Of a DNA stretch of 64,000 nt, positions 48,891-59,552 are shown in pieces. The stretch's first letter is position 1. The number at the start of each line of letters is the position of its first letter. Made by a program: the position numbers and the translations under genes. Source of the stretch: Clostridia bacterium (GTDB lineage: Bacteria; Bacillota; Clostridia; HGM11514); contig JAZNAU010000020.1 of NCBI GenBank assembly GCA_045586685.1, positions 22,680 to 86,679 of the forward strand, read 5' to 3'. The notes under the pieces are model-generated. The model saw only the letters and a list, made by a program, of their open reading frames with translations. It was not told the origin of the DNA and did no database searches.

Positions 48891-50114
48891 CTATACTTTG
48901 TATTCTTTCAGCACATCTTTAAACTGAATTTCCCTTATCAATTCATCAATAGACTTTCCTGTTTCCTTCGCTATCCTTGTTACATCATCAAACTCGTATT
49001 TTTTTCGTTCAACACCATATCCTTTTGATACTTTACAACGCACATTACCATATGCCGTTTCAATAGATGTTATTTCACGTTCTAAAATATATCTTTGCAA
49101 TTTACTTTCTCGAATTCCAATAGTGGTTGTATGTTTAAATAGGGTCTTAATTAGTTCTTCTTTATCCTTTTCATGGCACATGATATGTATTAAAATACCG
49201 GGACGAGATTTTTTCATACCAATGGCAGCGGTATAGACATCCAGTGCGCCTGATTCAAAAAGTCTTTCCATTGCATACCCTACCGCCTCACCTGTCATAT
49301 CATCAACATTGCAGCTCAATTCACATATTTCTTCTAAAACATCATCCGTATCACCAAGCATAACTCTTAAACAGTTGGCGGTTTCAAAATCCTTTGTTCC
49401 CATACCGTAACCAATAGACTGCGTTCTCATAATCGGCATTGTTCCAAATTTATTTACAAAATATTTAAGGAGAGCTGCACCGGTCGGAGTGCAAAGTTCA
49501 CCTTTCACAGCTCCCGAATATACAGGAACATTCTGTAAAATATATGCAGTAGCAGGTGCAGGGACAGGTAAAATTCCGTGAGCACATTTCACCTTTCCGC
49601 TTCCTACATGAACAGGGGAAGCAATAATGTTATCAACATTAAGCCTGTTTATCAGAAGACATACCGCAACAACATCAGCTATTGCATCCATTGTTCCAAC
49701 CTCATGAAAGTGTATGTCTGAGACAGGAACTCCATGTGCCTTACTTTCCGCCTCTGCAATAAGTCCATAAACCTGCATCACATCATCCTTTACTTTTTGC
49801 GGCAGATGTAAAAGGTCGCACACAATATGCTCTATTTCATGCAATCCGTTATGACTGTGTTCCTGACTATGGTTATGAGAATGGTCATGGTCGTGTTGGT
49901 GTTCGCCTTCTTCAATACCCTCTACTAAAACCTTGATATGAGTACCGCATATACCACATTTAACAGATCTTTCTTTTATGTATTTCACTTTCGGAATACC
50001 GAGAGAATTTAATTCTTCAATAAATCCGTTTGGGTTTGGTATCAGTTCAAGGAGAGCAGCTGTAAGCATATCTCCTGCTGCGCCCATTCCGCAGTCTATG
50101 TATAAAATCCTCAT
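48891..50114 (-). CDS. larC: Nickel-pincer cofactor nickel insertion protein LarC (DUF111)
   Basis: 407 aa; N-term MRILYIDCGMGAAGDMLTAALLEL typical of LarC; His-rich segment; overlaps larB. Confidence 0.85.
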   Translation of the reverse strand: MRILYIDCGMGAAGDMLTAALLELIPNPNGFIEELNSLGIPKVKYIKERSVKCGICGTHIKVLVEGIEEGEHQHDHDHSHNHSQEHSHNGLHEIEHIVCDLLHLPQKVKDDVMQVYGLIAEAESKAHGVPVSDIHFHEVGTMDAIADVVAVCLLINRLNVDNIIASPVHVGSGKVKCAHGILPVPAPATAYILQNVPVYSGAVKGELCTPTGAALLKYFVNKFGTMPIMRTQSIGYGMGTKDFETANCLRVMLGDTDDVLEEICELSCNVDDMTGEAVGYAMERLFESGALDVYTAAIGMKKSRPGILIHIMCHEKDKEELIKTLFKHTTTIGIRESKLQRYILEREITSIETAYGNVRCKVSKGYGVERKKYEFDDVTRIAKETGKSIDELIREIQFKDVLKEYKV

Positions 50115-50866
50115 TTTTTTACCTCCATATGATTGATCATATTTGCAAGATAACCCGCGCCGAAACCATTATCAATATTAACAACCGAAACACCGCTTGC
50201 ACAGGAATTAAGCATAGATAAAAGAGCAGAAAGTCCGTTAAATGATGCTCCATATCCAACACTTGTCGGAACTGCAATAACAGGGCAATCCGCCAAACCA
50301 CCTATAACACTGGCAAGTGCCCCTTCCATTCCTGCAATCGCTATCATAACGCTTGCACTCATTATAACGTCAAGATGCGCAAGTGTGCGGTGAAGTCCCG
50401 CTACTCCTACATCATAAAGTCTTACAACCTCATTTCCAAGAACCTGGGCAGTTATTGCTGCTTCTTCTGCAACAGGAATATCACTTGTGCCACCCGTTGC
50501 TATTACAATTTTCCCAATGCCGTCAGGGTTTGGAAATTCTCCTACCACTGCACAACGTGCATCTTCATAATATTTCATTGGATAAACTTTATGAAGTTTG
50601 TTTGCTGACTCTTTTGACAAGCGGGTAATAAGAATAGTATTTTGCCCGTTATATTTCATGCATTCAATAATTCCGATAATTTGTTCAACAGTTTTTCCGG
50701 CACCATAAATCACTTCTGCCGTTCCTTGTCTAATCTCTCTATGCGTATCAATTTTCGCATAACCGATATCTTCAAAAGGTTTTGTTTTTAATTTTAATAG
50801 TACATCATCAACAGAAACTTCACCTTTTTTCACACATTCAAGCAAGGTTTTGATGTCGGTATTCAT
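50111..50866 (-). CDS. larB: Nickel-pincer cofactor biosynthesis carboxylase/hydrolase LarB (PurE-like)
   Basis: 251 aa; LarB N-terminal region plus PurE-like fold (IATGGTSD, VAGLHR). Confidence 0.85.
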   Translation of the reverse strand: MNTDIKTLLECVKKGEVSVDDVLLKLKTKPFEDIGYAKIDTHREIRQGTAEVIYGAGKTVEQIIGIIECMKYNGQNTILITRLSKESANKLHKVYPMKYYEDARCAVVGEFPNPDGIGKIVIATGGTSDIPVAEEAAITAQVLGNEVVRLYDVGVAGLHRTLAHLDVIMSASVMIAIAGMEGALASVIGGLADCPVIAVPTSVGYGASFNGLSALLSMLNSCASGVSVVNIDNGFGAGYLANMINHMEVKK

Positions 50867-51606
50867 CCTCTCGCCTCCAAATCAAGAACTATTATTTTAT
50901 AATATTTTTTCAAAAAATCAAAAATTGTTTTTCTGTGTTCAAAGAATAATGAAAATTGAATTTCAGGTAATTGTATTTTCGCTTCACCGTTTCTTTGTCG
51001 TATACGAAAATCCGAAAAGCCTAATGAGAATAAAAAATTTTCTGTAATTTCTATTGCCGACAACTTTTCTTTTGTAATAATTTCTTGAGCGGCTATCCTT
51101 GTGGCAAGACAAGAATAAGAAGGCTTATTCCATGTAAAAAGACCGGCTTCTTTAGAAAGGGTTCTGATATTTTCTTTTGTAATCCCGCATTCTTTCAGAG
51201 GTGAAAGAACCGATAACTCATGTAATGCTTTTACTCCCGGACGGTCACTTTCATCATCAGAAGCATTTGTTCCGTCTATCAGTATGTCAAAACCATCTTT
51301 TAACGCACTGTTTATTATTGCATGCAATATTGCTTTTTTGCAATAATAACATCTATCTTCAGGATTTTCCTTAACACTATCAACTGACAAAATATCAAGA
51401 TTTATTATCTTCATCTCTACATTAAGCTCTTGCGCTAACCTTATAGCATCATTCATTTCAAATTGAGGCTGAAAATCTGATTTAACATAGTAAGCACAAA
51501 CTTTTTGAGCATACCTTTTTGCGGCAAACAATAAATATGCCGAATCCACTCCGCCCGAAAAAGCAACCGCAACATTGGTATGGTTTGCAAAAAAATCCTT
51601 TAACAT
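50863..51606 (-). CDS. larE: ATP-dependent sacrificial sulfur transferase LarE (PP-loop ATPase)
   Basis: PP-loop VAFSGGVDSAY; conserved Cys in CYYC; start set at MLKDFF (ATG 51606) preceded by GGGGG RBS. Confidence 0.8.
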   Translation of the reverse strand: MLKDFFANHTNVAVAFSGGVDSAYLLFAAKRYAQKVCAYYVKSDFQPQFEMNDAIRLAQELNVEMKIINLDILSVDSVKENPEDRCYYCKKAILHAIINSALKDGFDILIDGTNASDDESDRPGVKALHELSVLSPLKECGITKENIRTLSKEAGLFTWNKPSYSCLATRIAAQEIITKEKLSAIEITENFLFSLGFSDFRIRQRNGEAKIQLPEIQFSLFFEHRKTIFDFLKKYYKIIVLDLEARG

Positions 51607-51669
51607 CAATCTTGCCCCCAAAAATACGCAAAGCGGCATCTATCAAATCAAGAAGCCGCTTTCGTGTGT

Positions 51670-52005
51670 TTACTTTCTTTTAAATAAAGCTGCTTTTACA
51701 ACCCCTTTAGGATCTTTGACAAGTAAAATTACAAGCCAAATAATAAGGCCCAGTGCAACAACAGACAAACCTAGATATAAATCGTTAAGCATATCAACAG
51801 CAGCGGGGACAAAAAACTCTGCACCAAGTTCTGAATACTCAAATATTGCATCCACAAACCACATAAAAGATGCGCCCCAATAAAGCCAGCAAAGCGTTCC
51901 AATATTCATTTTGCTTTCAGGAGCATTTTTATACCATAAAATTGTGCAAATAATAGCAGCAAAAACAGATGTTAATAATGTCATTTTAAGCACCTTCCTT
52001 GGCAA
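51670..52005 (-). CDS. Small hypothetical membrane protein (3 TM)
   Basis: 111 aa hydrophobic ORF, overlaps next ORF by 20 nt; no recognisable family. Confidence 0.35.
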   Translation of the reverse strand: MPRKVLKMTLLTSVFAAIICTILWYKNAPESKMNIGTLCWLYWGASFMWFVDAIFEYSELGAEFFVPAAVDMLNDLYLGLSVVALGLIIWLVILLVKDPKGVVKAALFKRK

Positions 52006-52399
52006 TTTTTACTTCTTTCACAGCTCTTTTTTCAATGACAGCCGTGACTGCAAGCATACCACACCAAACAGCAGTAATCAGCACCGCCATGGTTGTTCCT
52101 GCACTGAACATTTCTCCAAACATTTCTGCGGTTTCTCCTGTTTGCGCCGCCGTTAAAAACGGGATTGCGGGAATTATTTCACCGTGCCAAACGTGTTCAA
52201 ATGCCAAAAGTGCTGAACCACCCCAAAGAAGTTTGTTGAGCCAACCAAGTTTTGTTGAAAATTTGATTTTTGTGGTATCTGCAATGGTTCCGTCTGAAAA
52301 AGAAATTTTTGTCGTTTCTTCCTTTTCCTTGGCTTTCATTGCCTTTGCCGTGATAGTTGTGATTACTGCTTCTGCAGCAGGTACTAAAAAACATGCCAT
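51986..52399 (-). CDS. Small hypothetical membrane protein
   Basis: 137 aa with two or three predicted TM segments; translationally coupled to downstream ORF. Confidence 0.35.
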   Translation of the reverse strand: MACFLVPAAEAVITTITAKAMKAKEKEETTKISFSDGTIADTTKIKFSTKLGWLNKLLWGGSALLAFEHVWHGEIIPAIPFLTAAQTGETAEMFGEMFSAGTTMAVLITAVWCGMLAVTAVIEKRAVKEVKIAKEGA

Positions 52400-52584
52400 A
52401 ATATCTACCTCCTGATTTTAGGATGATAAAAACAAAAAGGCACACAATTTCTTTTCAAAGAAATCGCATACCTTCTATGTACACAAATCATCCAATATAA
52501 AATTAGTTTTGTTACAAATGCTTCAGCATTTACTTGAACTTCTTGTTCAAACTATAGTTATTATACTATAATATGTTTAAAAAG

Positions 52585-52998
52585 TCAATGCTTTTCGACA
52601 ATCTTTTTTATTTCGTTGACTACCTCTTCAATCTGAACTGAAACATTTCGTTCATTGACTCCGATTATACGAGTGTTACAAGTATTAAACGGCAATAAAA
52701 AGCGGATAGCATTACTTTGAGCAACGGAAAGTGCCATTTTTGGTGTTACTTCTCCAAGCATAGAATCAGCGACAACAATCCCAATCGGACCAATTATGAC
52801 ATCTGCATTTTTACATCCTACGACTACTGCATTTTCTCCGGTTGCAGCTCCGTCTGCACCTGCTTTCAGCATGGCAGTTGTTGCCATAACATTAGTACCT
52901 ACAGCAGTGACAGTAGCATTTGGTATGTAATCTTTTATAGCGGAAACAAGTTGTTTTCCTATACCACCGCCTTGTGCATCTATTACAAGTATATTCAT
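52585..52998 (-). CDS. DUF3842-like small protein
   Basis: 137 aa; N-term MNILVIDAQGGGIGKQLV resembles the IDGQGGG signature of DUF3842 (recalled, not searched). Confidence 0.35.
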   Translation of the reverse strand: MNILVIDAQGGGIGKQLVSAIKDYIPNATVTAVGTNVMATTAMLKAGADGAATGENAVVVGCKNADVIIGPIGIVVADSMLGEVTPKMALSVAQSNAIRFLLPFNTCNTRIIGVNERNVSVQIEEVVNEIKKIVEKH

Positions 52999-53067
52999 TT
53001 CTGACCTCCTGACATTTTCTATATATTATATCAAATTCTAGTAAAATGGTAAATAGTTATAATAATA

Positions 53068-55608
53068 TTATAATAAATATTCTCTGATTTTTCGTTCTGT
53101 TTCTTCCACCTCTGCCAAAAATGTATCCGCCGGAATCCGAATAGCACCGTTTCCAATGATAATCAACTGTTCTAAGTGGTCAGAGGTCGCCACCCGAATA
53201 CTGTGTTTTTTCCCCAGTTCATGAGTGACCTTTTCGATATACATATCAGCCGTTTCCGCCTCTTTTGTATAAACCACATGAATGTTGCAAACCTTTTCAA
53301 CGCTCCGTTGCCCGCCTTCCACCCGATAAGCATCAAACACAATAATCGTTTCGCATTGATGAAAACCTTGATAATTACAAATTCTGTGAATCAGGGTTTC
53401 TCTTGCCAAGTCCATATTTTTTTCAGCAAGTTTCCGTAGTTCCTCCCAGCCATGAATGATATTATAGCCGTCAATCAACAAATACTCTTTCCCCAAAATT
53501 TTTGGTTTTTCCTTGGCGGGTTTCCATTCATAGGGACGTTCCTTCTTTGTTTGAAAGCTTTGTAAGGCAGGACGCTTCACAGGTCCGTAAGTCATTTCAA
53601 ATATTTTCATCAATTCCTCATCAGAGGCAAGACGGTTTCCGTAACTGACCGCTTTTTGAACCTGTATCTCCTCCGGTTCCAAACGAATTCCGCTGTCCAC
53701 ATGCTGATACTGGGAAACCTGATCCCATTTCACAACAAAGCCCGCACCGTGAGAACAAAAAACAGAATCCGACGGATTTTCCAAATCACCATCCGGATTA
53801 TAATCCAATTCTTGCAATACCTCTTCCTGATTATGGCATGGCTCATACCCCTTTAACAAGCAAGAAATCCTTCCCCGACCCTTGGTAAATCCAATCAATT
53901 CTTGCTGATAATTACGGATTTTCACAGCCGGAACGCATCCTGTCAAAAGGGAGGTTTCTCCCCTTGTTTCAGGGGCATCAAAGGTGCCTCCCATTTGCTG
54001 AATATCAGACATGGCTCTTCCAATACAATCTGAGGGAACCTCCAATTTAAATCGAACCCAAGGCTCTAACAAAACACTTTTTGTACTGCGTAGTCCTTGA
54101 CGAATGGCTCGGTAGGTTGCCTGACGAAAATCTCCCCCTACCGTATGTTTTTGATGGCCACGGCCCGCAACCAAGGTAATTTTCATATCTGTAATCGGAG
54201 CCCCTGTCAGTACCCCAACATGCTCTTTTTCCTGTAAATGTGTCATAATCAGCCGTTGCCAATTTTTATCCAGTACATCCTCACTGCACTTTGTTTCAAA
54301 CACCAACCCGCTTCCCGTTGGCAGAGGTTCTAACAGTAAATGAACTTCCGCATAGTGCCGTAAGGGTTCGTAATGTCCGACACCTATGACTTTTTCTGAA
54401 ATCGTTTCTTTATAAGCAATACTGGTATAGGAAAAGCTTACCTCCATTCCAAAGCGTTTTGCAATTAGCCGTTTTAATACTTCCAGTTGTACTTCACCCA
54501 TGATTCTGAAATGAATTTCCTGTAACGGCTCATTCCAGTCAATGTGGAGCTGTGGGTCTTCTTCCTCTAATTGCTTTAATTGATTCAGAGCACTGTGCAC
54601 ATCCGTACCTTTCGGTAGAATCACCCGATAATTTAAAATCGGCTCTAATGCAGAATCAGCGGAATCCTGTTCCGTTCCCAGCCCCTCTCCCGCATAGGTA
54701 CAAGAAAGTCCCGTTACTGCACAGACTGTTCCCGCCTCGACCTGTTGCTGTAATTCAAATTTAGATCCGGAATATATGCGAATTTGATTTGCCTTTTCAG
54801 ACCAATTTTTTCCATTAAGCAATTCCTTTACCGTTAAACAACCGCCTGTAATTTTCATGTGTGTCAGCCGTTCCCCTTGGGAATCCTGAGTAATTTTAAA
54901 CACCTTTGCACCAAACGAACTCCCGTATTTGTCCTGTTTGGTATATTGCTCCAAGCCCTTGAGCAGTTCCTCCACCCCTTCTGATTTCAAAGCCGAACCG
55001 AAAAACACAGGAAATACATTTCTGTTTCTGATCGCTTCTTGAATGTGGGGTTCCCCCATGGGATGTTCTGACAAAAAGCATTCCATCAAGGCTTCATCAC
55101 ACATTGCCAGTTCTTCTTTTGTATCCGGTTGTTCTAAATTTTCAAAATCCACACAGGAAACATCCAGTTTTTCTTTTAATTCCTGCATCAGTTCTTGTTT
55201 CGTTTGGTAAGACAAATCCATTTTATTGACAAATAAAAACACAGGGATTTTATACCGAATCAAAAGTTGCCATAAGGTTTCCGTGTGACTTTGTACTCCG
55301 TCTGTTCCGCTAATGACCAAAATAGCATAGTCAAGCACCTGCAACGTTCGTTCCATTTCGGCAGAAAAGTCAACATGGCCCGGTGTGTCAAGCAATGTCA
55401 CCTGTGTTTTACCCATAGAAAATACAGCCTGATTGGAAAAAATGGTAATTCCCCGATCCTGCTCAATCTCGTGTGAATCCATAAATGCGTTGCCGTGATC
55501 CACACGCCCTAATGTTCTAAGTAAGCCCGCCCGGTATAAAACCGCCTCAGAAAGAGTGGTTTTTCCCGAGTCAACATGGGCCAAAATTCCTATGGTTATT
55601 TTTTTCAT
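53068..55608 (-). CDS. Fusion protein: TetM/EF-G-like translational GTPase (five-domain ribosomal-protection-type factor) + C-terminal YacP/Rae1-like NYN endoribonuclease domain
   Basis: G1 AHVDSGKT, G3 DTPGH, G4 NKMD at N-term with TetM/TetO-like layout through ~aa 650; C-terminal ~160 aa aligns motif-for-motif with B. subtilis YacP/Rae1 (LLIDGYNIIHGWEEL, IIVFDAY, ETADMYIEK, VATSDHLEQLIIIGNGAIRIPADTFLAEVEETER) conserving the acidic residues. Confidence 0.8.
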   Translation of the reverse strand: MKKITIGILAHVDSGKTTLSEAVLYRAGLLRTLGRVDHGNAFMDSHEIEQDRGITIFSNQAVFSMGKTQVTLLDTPGHVDFSAEMERTLQVLDYAILVISGTDGVQSHTETLWQLLIRYKIPVFLFVNKMDLSYQTKQELMQELKEKLDVSCVDFENLEQPDTKEELAMCDEALMECFLSEHPMGEPHIQEAIRNRNVFPVFFGSALKSEGVEELLKGLEQYTKQDKYGSSFGAKVFKITQDSQGERLTHMKITGGCLTVKELLNGKNWSEKANQIRIYSGSKFELQQQVEAGTVCAVTGLSCTYAGEGLGTEQDSADSALEPILNYRVILPKGTDVHSALNQLKQLEEEDPQLHIDWNEPLQEIHFRIMGEVQLEVLKRLIAKRFGMEVSFSYTSIAYKETISEKVIGVGHYEPLRHYAEVHLLLEPLPTGSGLVFETKCSEDVLDKNWQRLIMTHLQEKEHVGVLTGAPITDMKITLVAGRGHQKHTVGGDFRQATYRAIRQGLRSTKSVLLEPWVRFKLEVPSDCIGRAMSDIQQMGGTFDAPETRGETSLLTGCVPAVKIRNYQQELIGFTKGRGRISCLLKGYEPCHNQEEVLQELDYNPDGDLENPSDSVFCSHGAGFVVKWDQVSQYQHVDSGIRLEPEEIQVQKAVSYGNRLASDEELMKIFEMTYGPVKRPALQSFQTKKERPYEWKPAKEKPKILGKEYLLIDGYNIIHGWEELRKLAEKNMDLARETLIHRICNYQGFHQCETIIVFDAYRVEGGQRSVEKVCNIHVVYTKEAETADMYIEKVTHELGKKHSIRVATSDHLEQLIIIGNGAIRIPADTFLAEVEETERKIREYLL

Positions 55609-55696
55609 ACTATCAACCGTTTCTCATCATTCTCGCTAGCGTTTCTCAATTACCCCTATTATAGCATAAAACAAGTTGATTATCAAGTGCCCTCTC

Positions 55697-56131
55697 TTAT
55701 AAAAATTCTCTAATATCCACTGCAAGCTTTTCTTCCAGATTGATAAGCCTTTTGGTAATATCCTTTGAGACTTCGTCTGCTGCTTCATACTGGTTTAAAT
55801 ATTTGTTTAAGGATTTTACACCCATGTTGCATCCGTCAGTCATTAAGTCTGCAATGGTTTCATCGCTTTCATTTATTGCAAGCTTCATATTTGTTTTCAT
55901 CCAGGACATTCCCTTTGCCATTGGGTTAGGTTCTTTTCCGTCATCGTGATACTGATTTAAAAGACTGTCAATTTCACTGTCAAGCTTATCATGTTCATCC
56001 TTGCATACGGTTAATCTGTCTTTTAATCTTTTGTTGCTGACATAGGGCAACACATCATCAATGGACGATACCCCCATTTTTACACCTGCATCACATTCTC
56101 TCAAAAGTTTGATTGTATCTTGCTCTACCAT
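55697..56131 (-). CDS. Hypothetical cytoplasmic helical protein (145 aa), upstream of GTPase-NYN gene
   Basis: Start at MVEQDTIK (ATG 56131) with RBS AAGGAG 9 nt upstream; no family recognised with confidence. Confidence 0.35.
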   Translation of the reverse strand: MVEQDTIKLLRECDAGVKMGVSSIDDVLPYVSNKRLKDRLTVCKDEHDKLDSEIDSLLNQYHDDGKEPNPMAKGMSWMKTNMKLAINESDETIADLMTDGCNMGVKSLNKYLNQYEAADEVSKDITKRLINLEEKLAVDIREFL

Positions 56132-56230
56132 AAACTGCATCTCCTTTATTATGATTTCATAAAGGAATATTCCCAAAAAACGAATTATTATACAAAAAGA
56201 CTGCGAAGGTTTCGCAGTCTTTTTCTGTTA

Positions 56231-57442
56231 TTATAATAATTTTTGCAATCGTTCATTCACAGCCAATAAAAATTCTTCTGTATTCACCTTTATCTTATCA
56301 GGCAAAGTAGAAAGCAAATATAAGTCCCCAGTCATAACTCCTTCTTCAATGGTCTGAACGGTTGCTTTTTCCAAAGCATCAGCAAAGGCAACAAGCTCTG
56401 AAAGTCCATCCAATTCGCCACGCTTTCTTAGAGCACCCGTCCATGCAAACAGAGTTGCAACACTGTTAGTAGAGGTTTCTTCTCCTTTTAAGTGCTTGTA
56501 ATAATGACGCTGAACTGTACCATGTGCCGCCTCATATTCATAGACTCCATCAGGAGATACCAGCACAGAGGTCATCATAGCGAGGCTTCCGTAAGCTGTG
56601 GCAACCATATCGCTCATCACGTCCCCGTCATAATTCTTACAAGCCCAGATATACCCTCCGTTAGAACGAACCACACGGGCAACCGCATCGTCAATCAGGG
56701 TATAAAAATACTCAATTCCTGCCTGTTCAAACTTTTCTTTATATTCATTCTCAAAGATTTCAGCAAAGATGTCTTTAAATCTATGGTCATACTGTTTGGA
56801 TATAGTATCCTTGGTTGCAAACCAGATATCTTGTTTGGTATCAAGGGCATAGTTGAAGCAACATTTTGCAAAGCTTGCAATGGAAGCATCCTTATTATGC
56901 ACTCCTTGAATGATACCGTCAGAATCAGAAAAATCATAAATCAATTGACGGGTTTCATTTCCCTGTTTATCAGTGCAAACAAGCTCGCATTTACTGTCCC
57001 TTCCCACCTGCATTTCGGAATTTTTATACACATCCCCGTATGCATGACGGGCAATGGTAATCGGCTTTGTCCAAGTGGGAATATAGGGGGTAATGCCCTT
57101 TACAATAATGGGTGCTCTGAAAACAGTTCCATCCAATATAGCACGAATGGTACCGTTTGGAGATTTCCACATTTCTTTCAGATTATATTCTGACATACGG
57201 GCAGCATTGGGAGTAATTGTAGCACATTTTACTGCAACACCATACTTTTTGGTTGCCTCTGCAGAATCAAAGGTAACCTGATCGTTGGTTTCGTTTCTGT
57301 ACTCCAATCCCAAATCATAATATTCTGTTTTCAAATCCACATAAGGAATCAGCAAAATATCTTTAATCATCTTCCAGATGATTCTGGTCATTTCGTCCCC
57401 ATCCATCTCAACAAGAGGGGTTTTCATTTGAATTTTCGCCAT
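56231..57442 (-). CDS. icd: NADP-dependent isocitrate dehydrogenase, eukaryotic-type (IDH1/2-like homodimeric)
   Basis: Close match to human IDH1 N-terminus ([47 protein letters not shown]); start MAKIQ ATG 57442 with RBS GGAAG. Confidence 0.9.
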   Translation of the reverse strand: MAKIQMKTPLVEMDGDEMTRIIWKMIKDILLIPYVDLKTEYYDLGLEYRNETNDQVTFDSAEATKKYGVAVKCATITPNAARMSEYNLKEMWKSPNGTIRAILDGTVFRAPIIVKGITPYIPTWTKPITIARHAYGDVYKNSEMQVGRDSKCELVCTDKQGNETRQLIYDFSDSDGIIQGVHNKDASIASFAKCCFNYALDTKQDIWFATKDTISKQYDHRFKDIFAEIFENEYKEKFEQAGIEYFYTLIDDAVARVVRSNGGYIWACKNYDGDVMSDMVATAYGSLAMMTSVLVSPDGVYEYEAAHGTVQRHYYKHLKGEETSTNSVATLFAWTGALRKRGELDGLSELVAFADALEKATVQTIEEGVMTGDLYLLSTLPDKIKVNTEEFLLAVNERLQKLL

Positions 57443-57458
57443 TGATAACACTTCCTTT

Positions 57459-59393
57459 CTATTTCAGTTGTTCACGGGTATAGCTTAACAATCCTCCTGC
57501 CAACACAATGTCCTTGGCACGATCGCTAAGCTCACAAAGACAGGGAATGGTTTCTCCCGTGGTCACATTTTTCAATACAAGTTCTTCGCCCTTTCGAATG
57601 GCATCTGTTACGTTTTCCATTACCAGTCTGTCCCCTTGAGAAATCTTGTCATAATCCCCTTCGTTTTTAAAGGTGCAAGGCAAAATTCCAGCGTTAATCA
57701 GATTGGAACGGTGAATTCTTGCAAAGGATTTTACCACAACCGCCTTAATTCCCAAATGTAAAGGAGCAAGTGCCGCATGCTCACGGGAAGAACCCTGACC
57801 GTAGTTGGCGCCCCCTACAATAATACTGGAACCCAAATTCTCTGCCCGTGCGGGAAATTCTTCATCGCATACGGTAAAGCAAAATTTTGAAATAGCAGGA
57901 ATGTTGGACCGCAAGGGCAAAATTTTAGCACCTGCAGGCATAATATGGTCGGTGGTTATATTATCTCCTACCTTCAAAGAGCAAGGGCAGTCAATCATAT
58001 CCTCCAAGGGGGAGGTTGTGGGGAACGGCTTAATATTGGGACCTCTTAAAATCTCAACACTGTCCATATGCGCTTCCTCAACAGGAGGCACTACCATATT
58101 ATCGTTAATTAAGAACTCATTCGGCAACAAAAAGTCAGGCATTTCTCCTAATGTTGTGGGGTCAGTCAGCACGCCTGTAATAGCAGAAATTGCTGCAGTT
58201 TCAGGAGAAACCAGATAAATCTGGCCGTCCTTTGTACCCGAACGTCCTTCAAAATTACGGTTAAAGGTACGCAAAGAAATTCCCTTTGAGTTGGGGGATT
58301 GACCCATTCCGATACAAGGTCCGCAAGCACTTTCCAAAATTCTCGCCCCTGCATCAATCAGCACCGACAACGCACCGTTTTCCGCCAACATATTCAGCAC
58401 CTGCTTAGAACCGGGTGCAATGGAAAGAGACACATCAGGATGAACCGTCTTTCCCTTTAATATATGAGCAACCTTTAACATATCCAAAAGAGAACTGTTT
58501 GTACAAGAACCGATACAAACCTGATCAATTTTCATTTCACCGATTTCCTTTACGGATTTAACATTATCGGGAGAATGAGGGCAAGCCGCAGCTGGTTCAA
58601 CCTCAGATAAGTCAATGGTAATAGTTTGATCGTAAACCGCATCTTCGTCTGCAGACAAAGCTGTCCAATCCTGTTCTCTTTTCTGGGCTTTCATAAATTC
58701 ATAAGTAAGCTCATCAGACGGAAAGATAGAAGTAGTTGCACCAAGCTCCGCACCCATATTGGTAATGGTAGCACGCTCTGGAACAGTCAGAGTTTTCACA
58801 CCCTCACCGCAATATTCAATCACCTTGCCCACGCCGCCCTTTACGGACATCCGCTTTAACACTTCCAAAATCACATCTTTTGCGGCAACCCAAGGACGAA
58901 GCTTGCCTGTCAACTCGATTTTTACAATTTCAGGATAAGTAATATAATAAGCACCGCCACCCATGGCAACCGCTACGTCCAAACCACCGGCTCCAATAGC
59001 AATCATCCCTAAGCCGCCTCCGGTAGGCGTATGAGAATCGGAACCAATCAAAGTTTTTCCGGGAATCCCAAACCGTTCCAAATGCATTTGATGGCAAATG
59101 CCGTTATCGGGACGGGAAAAATAAATTCCATGTTTTCTTGCCACAGACCCGATAAATCTGTGGTCATCTGCATTTTCAAACCCATTTTGCAGGGTGTTAT
59201 GGTCAATATATGCTACAGACCGCTCTGTTTTGACTCTGGGAATTCCCATTGCTTCAAATTCTAAATAAGCCATCGTACCGGTAGCATCCTGAGTCAACGT
59301 CTGATCAATTCGTAAACCGATCTCTGTTCCCTTTTCAAACACACCGTCAATCAGATGTGCTTTTAAAATTTTTTCTGTCAATGTCAAACCCAT
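57459..59393 (-). CDS. acn: Aconitate hydratase (aconitase/IPM-isomerase superfamily, ~640 aa form)
   Basis: Aconitase catalytic domain motifs ([39 protein letters not shown]); 16-nt gap to icd suggests acn-icd operon; start [13 protein letters not shown] 59393 with RBS GAAGGGA. Confidence 0.8.
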   Translation of the reverse strand: MGLTLTEKILKAHLIDGVFEKGTEIGLRIDQTLTQDATGTMAYLEFEAMGIPRVKTERSVAYIDHNTLQNGFENADDHRFIGSVARKHGIYFSRPDNGICHQMHLERFGIPGKTLIGSDSHTPTGGGLGMIAIGAGGLDVAVAMGGGAYYITYPEIVKIELTGKLRPWVAAKDVILEVLKRMSVKGGVGKVIEYCGEGVKTLTVPERATITNMGAELGATTSIFPSDELTYEFMKAQKREQDWTALSADEDAVYDQTITIDLSEVEPAAACPHSPDNVKSVKEIGEMKIDQVCIGSCTNSSLLDMLKVAHILKGKTVHPDVSLSIAPGSKQVLNMLAENGALSVLIDAGARILESACGPCIGMGQSPNSKGISLRTFNRNFEGRSGTKDGQIYLVSPETAAISAITGVLTDPTTLGEMPDFLLPNEFLINDNMVVPPVEEAHMDSVEILRGPNIKPFPTTSPLEDMIDCPCSLKVGDNITTDHIMPAGAKILPLRSNIPAISKFCFTVCDEEFPARAENLGSSIIVGGANYGQGSSREHAALAPLHLGIKAVVVKSFARIHRSNLINAGILPCTFKNEGDYDKISQGDRLVMENVTDAIRKGEELVLKNVTTGETIPCLCELSDRAKDIVLAGGLLSYTREQLK

Positions 59394-59552
59394 TTGCAAT
59401 CTATCCCTTCTATTCATTAAGTAAAGAAACCTTCCCATTCTCTTTTCTATTTATTATAGCATATTCTCCAGATTTCGTCAACTGTTTTCTATTTCGAAAC
59501 CAAGTTTTAAGATCTCCTATTGTCCACTTTTTCTACTTATTGGACTCTCCAT

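Noticed and set aside
53068-55608. Calling the GTPase a tetracycline-resistance ribosomal protection gene tet(M/O/W)
   Set aside because: The similarity is at family level only. Many Firmicutes carry EF-G-like paralogues that are not resistance determinants, and the C-terminal NYN fusion is not a feature of Tet RPPs.
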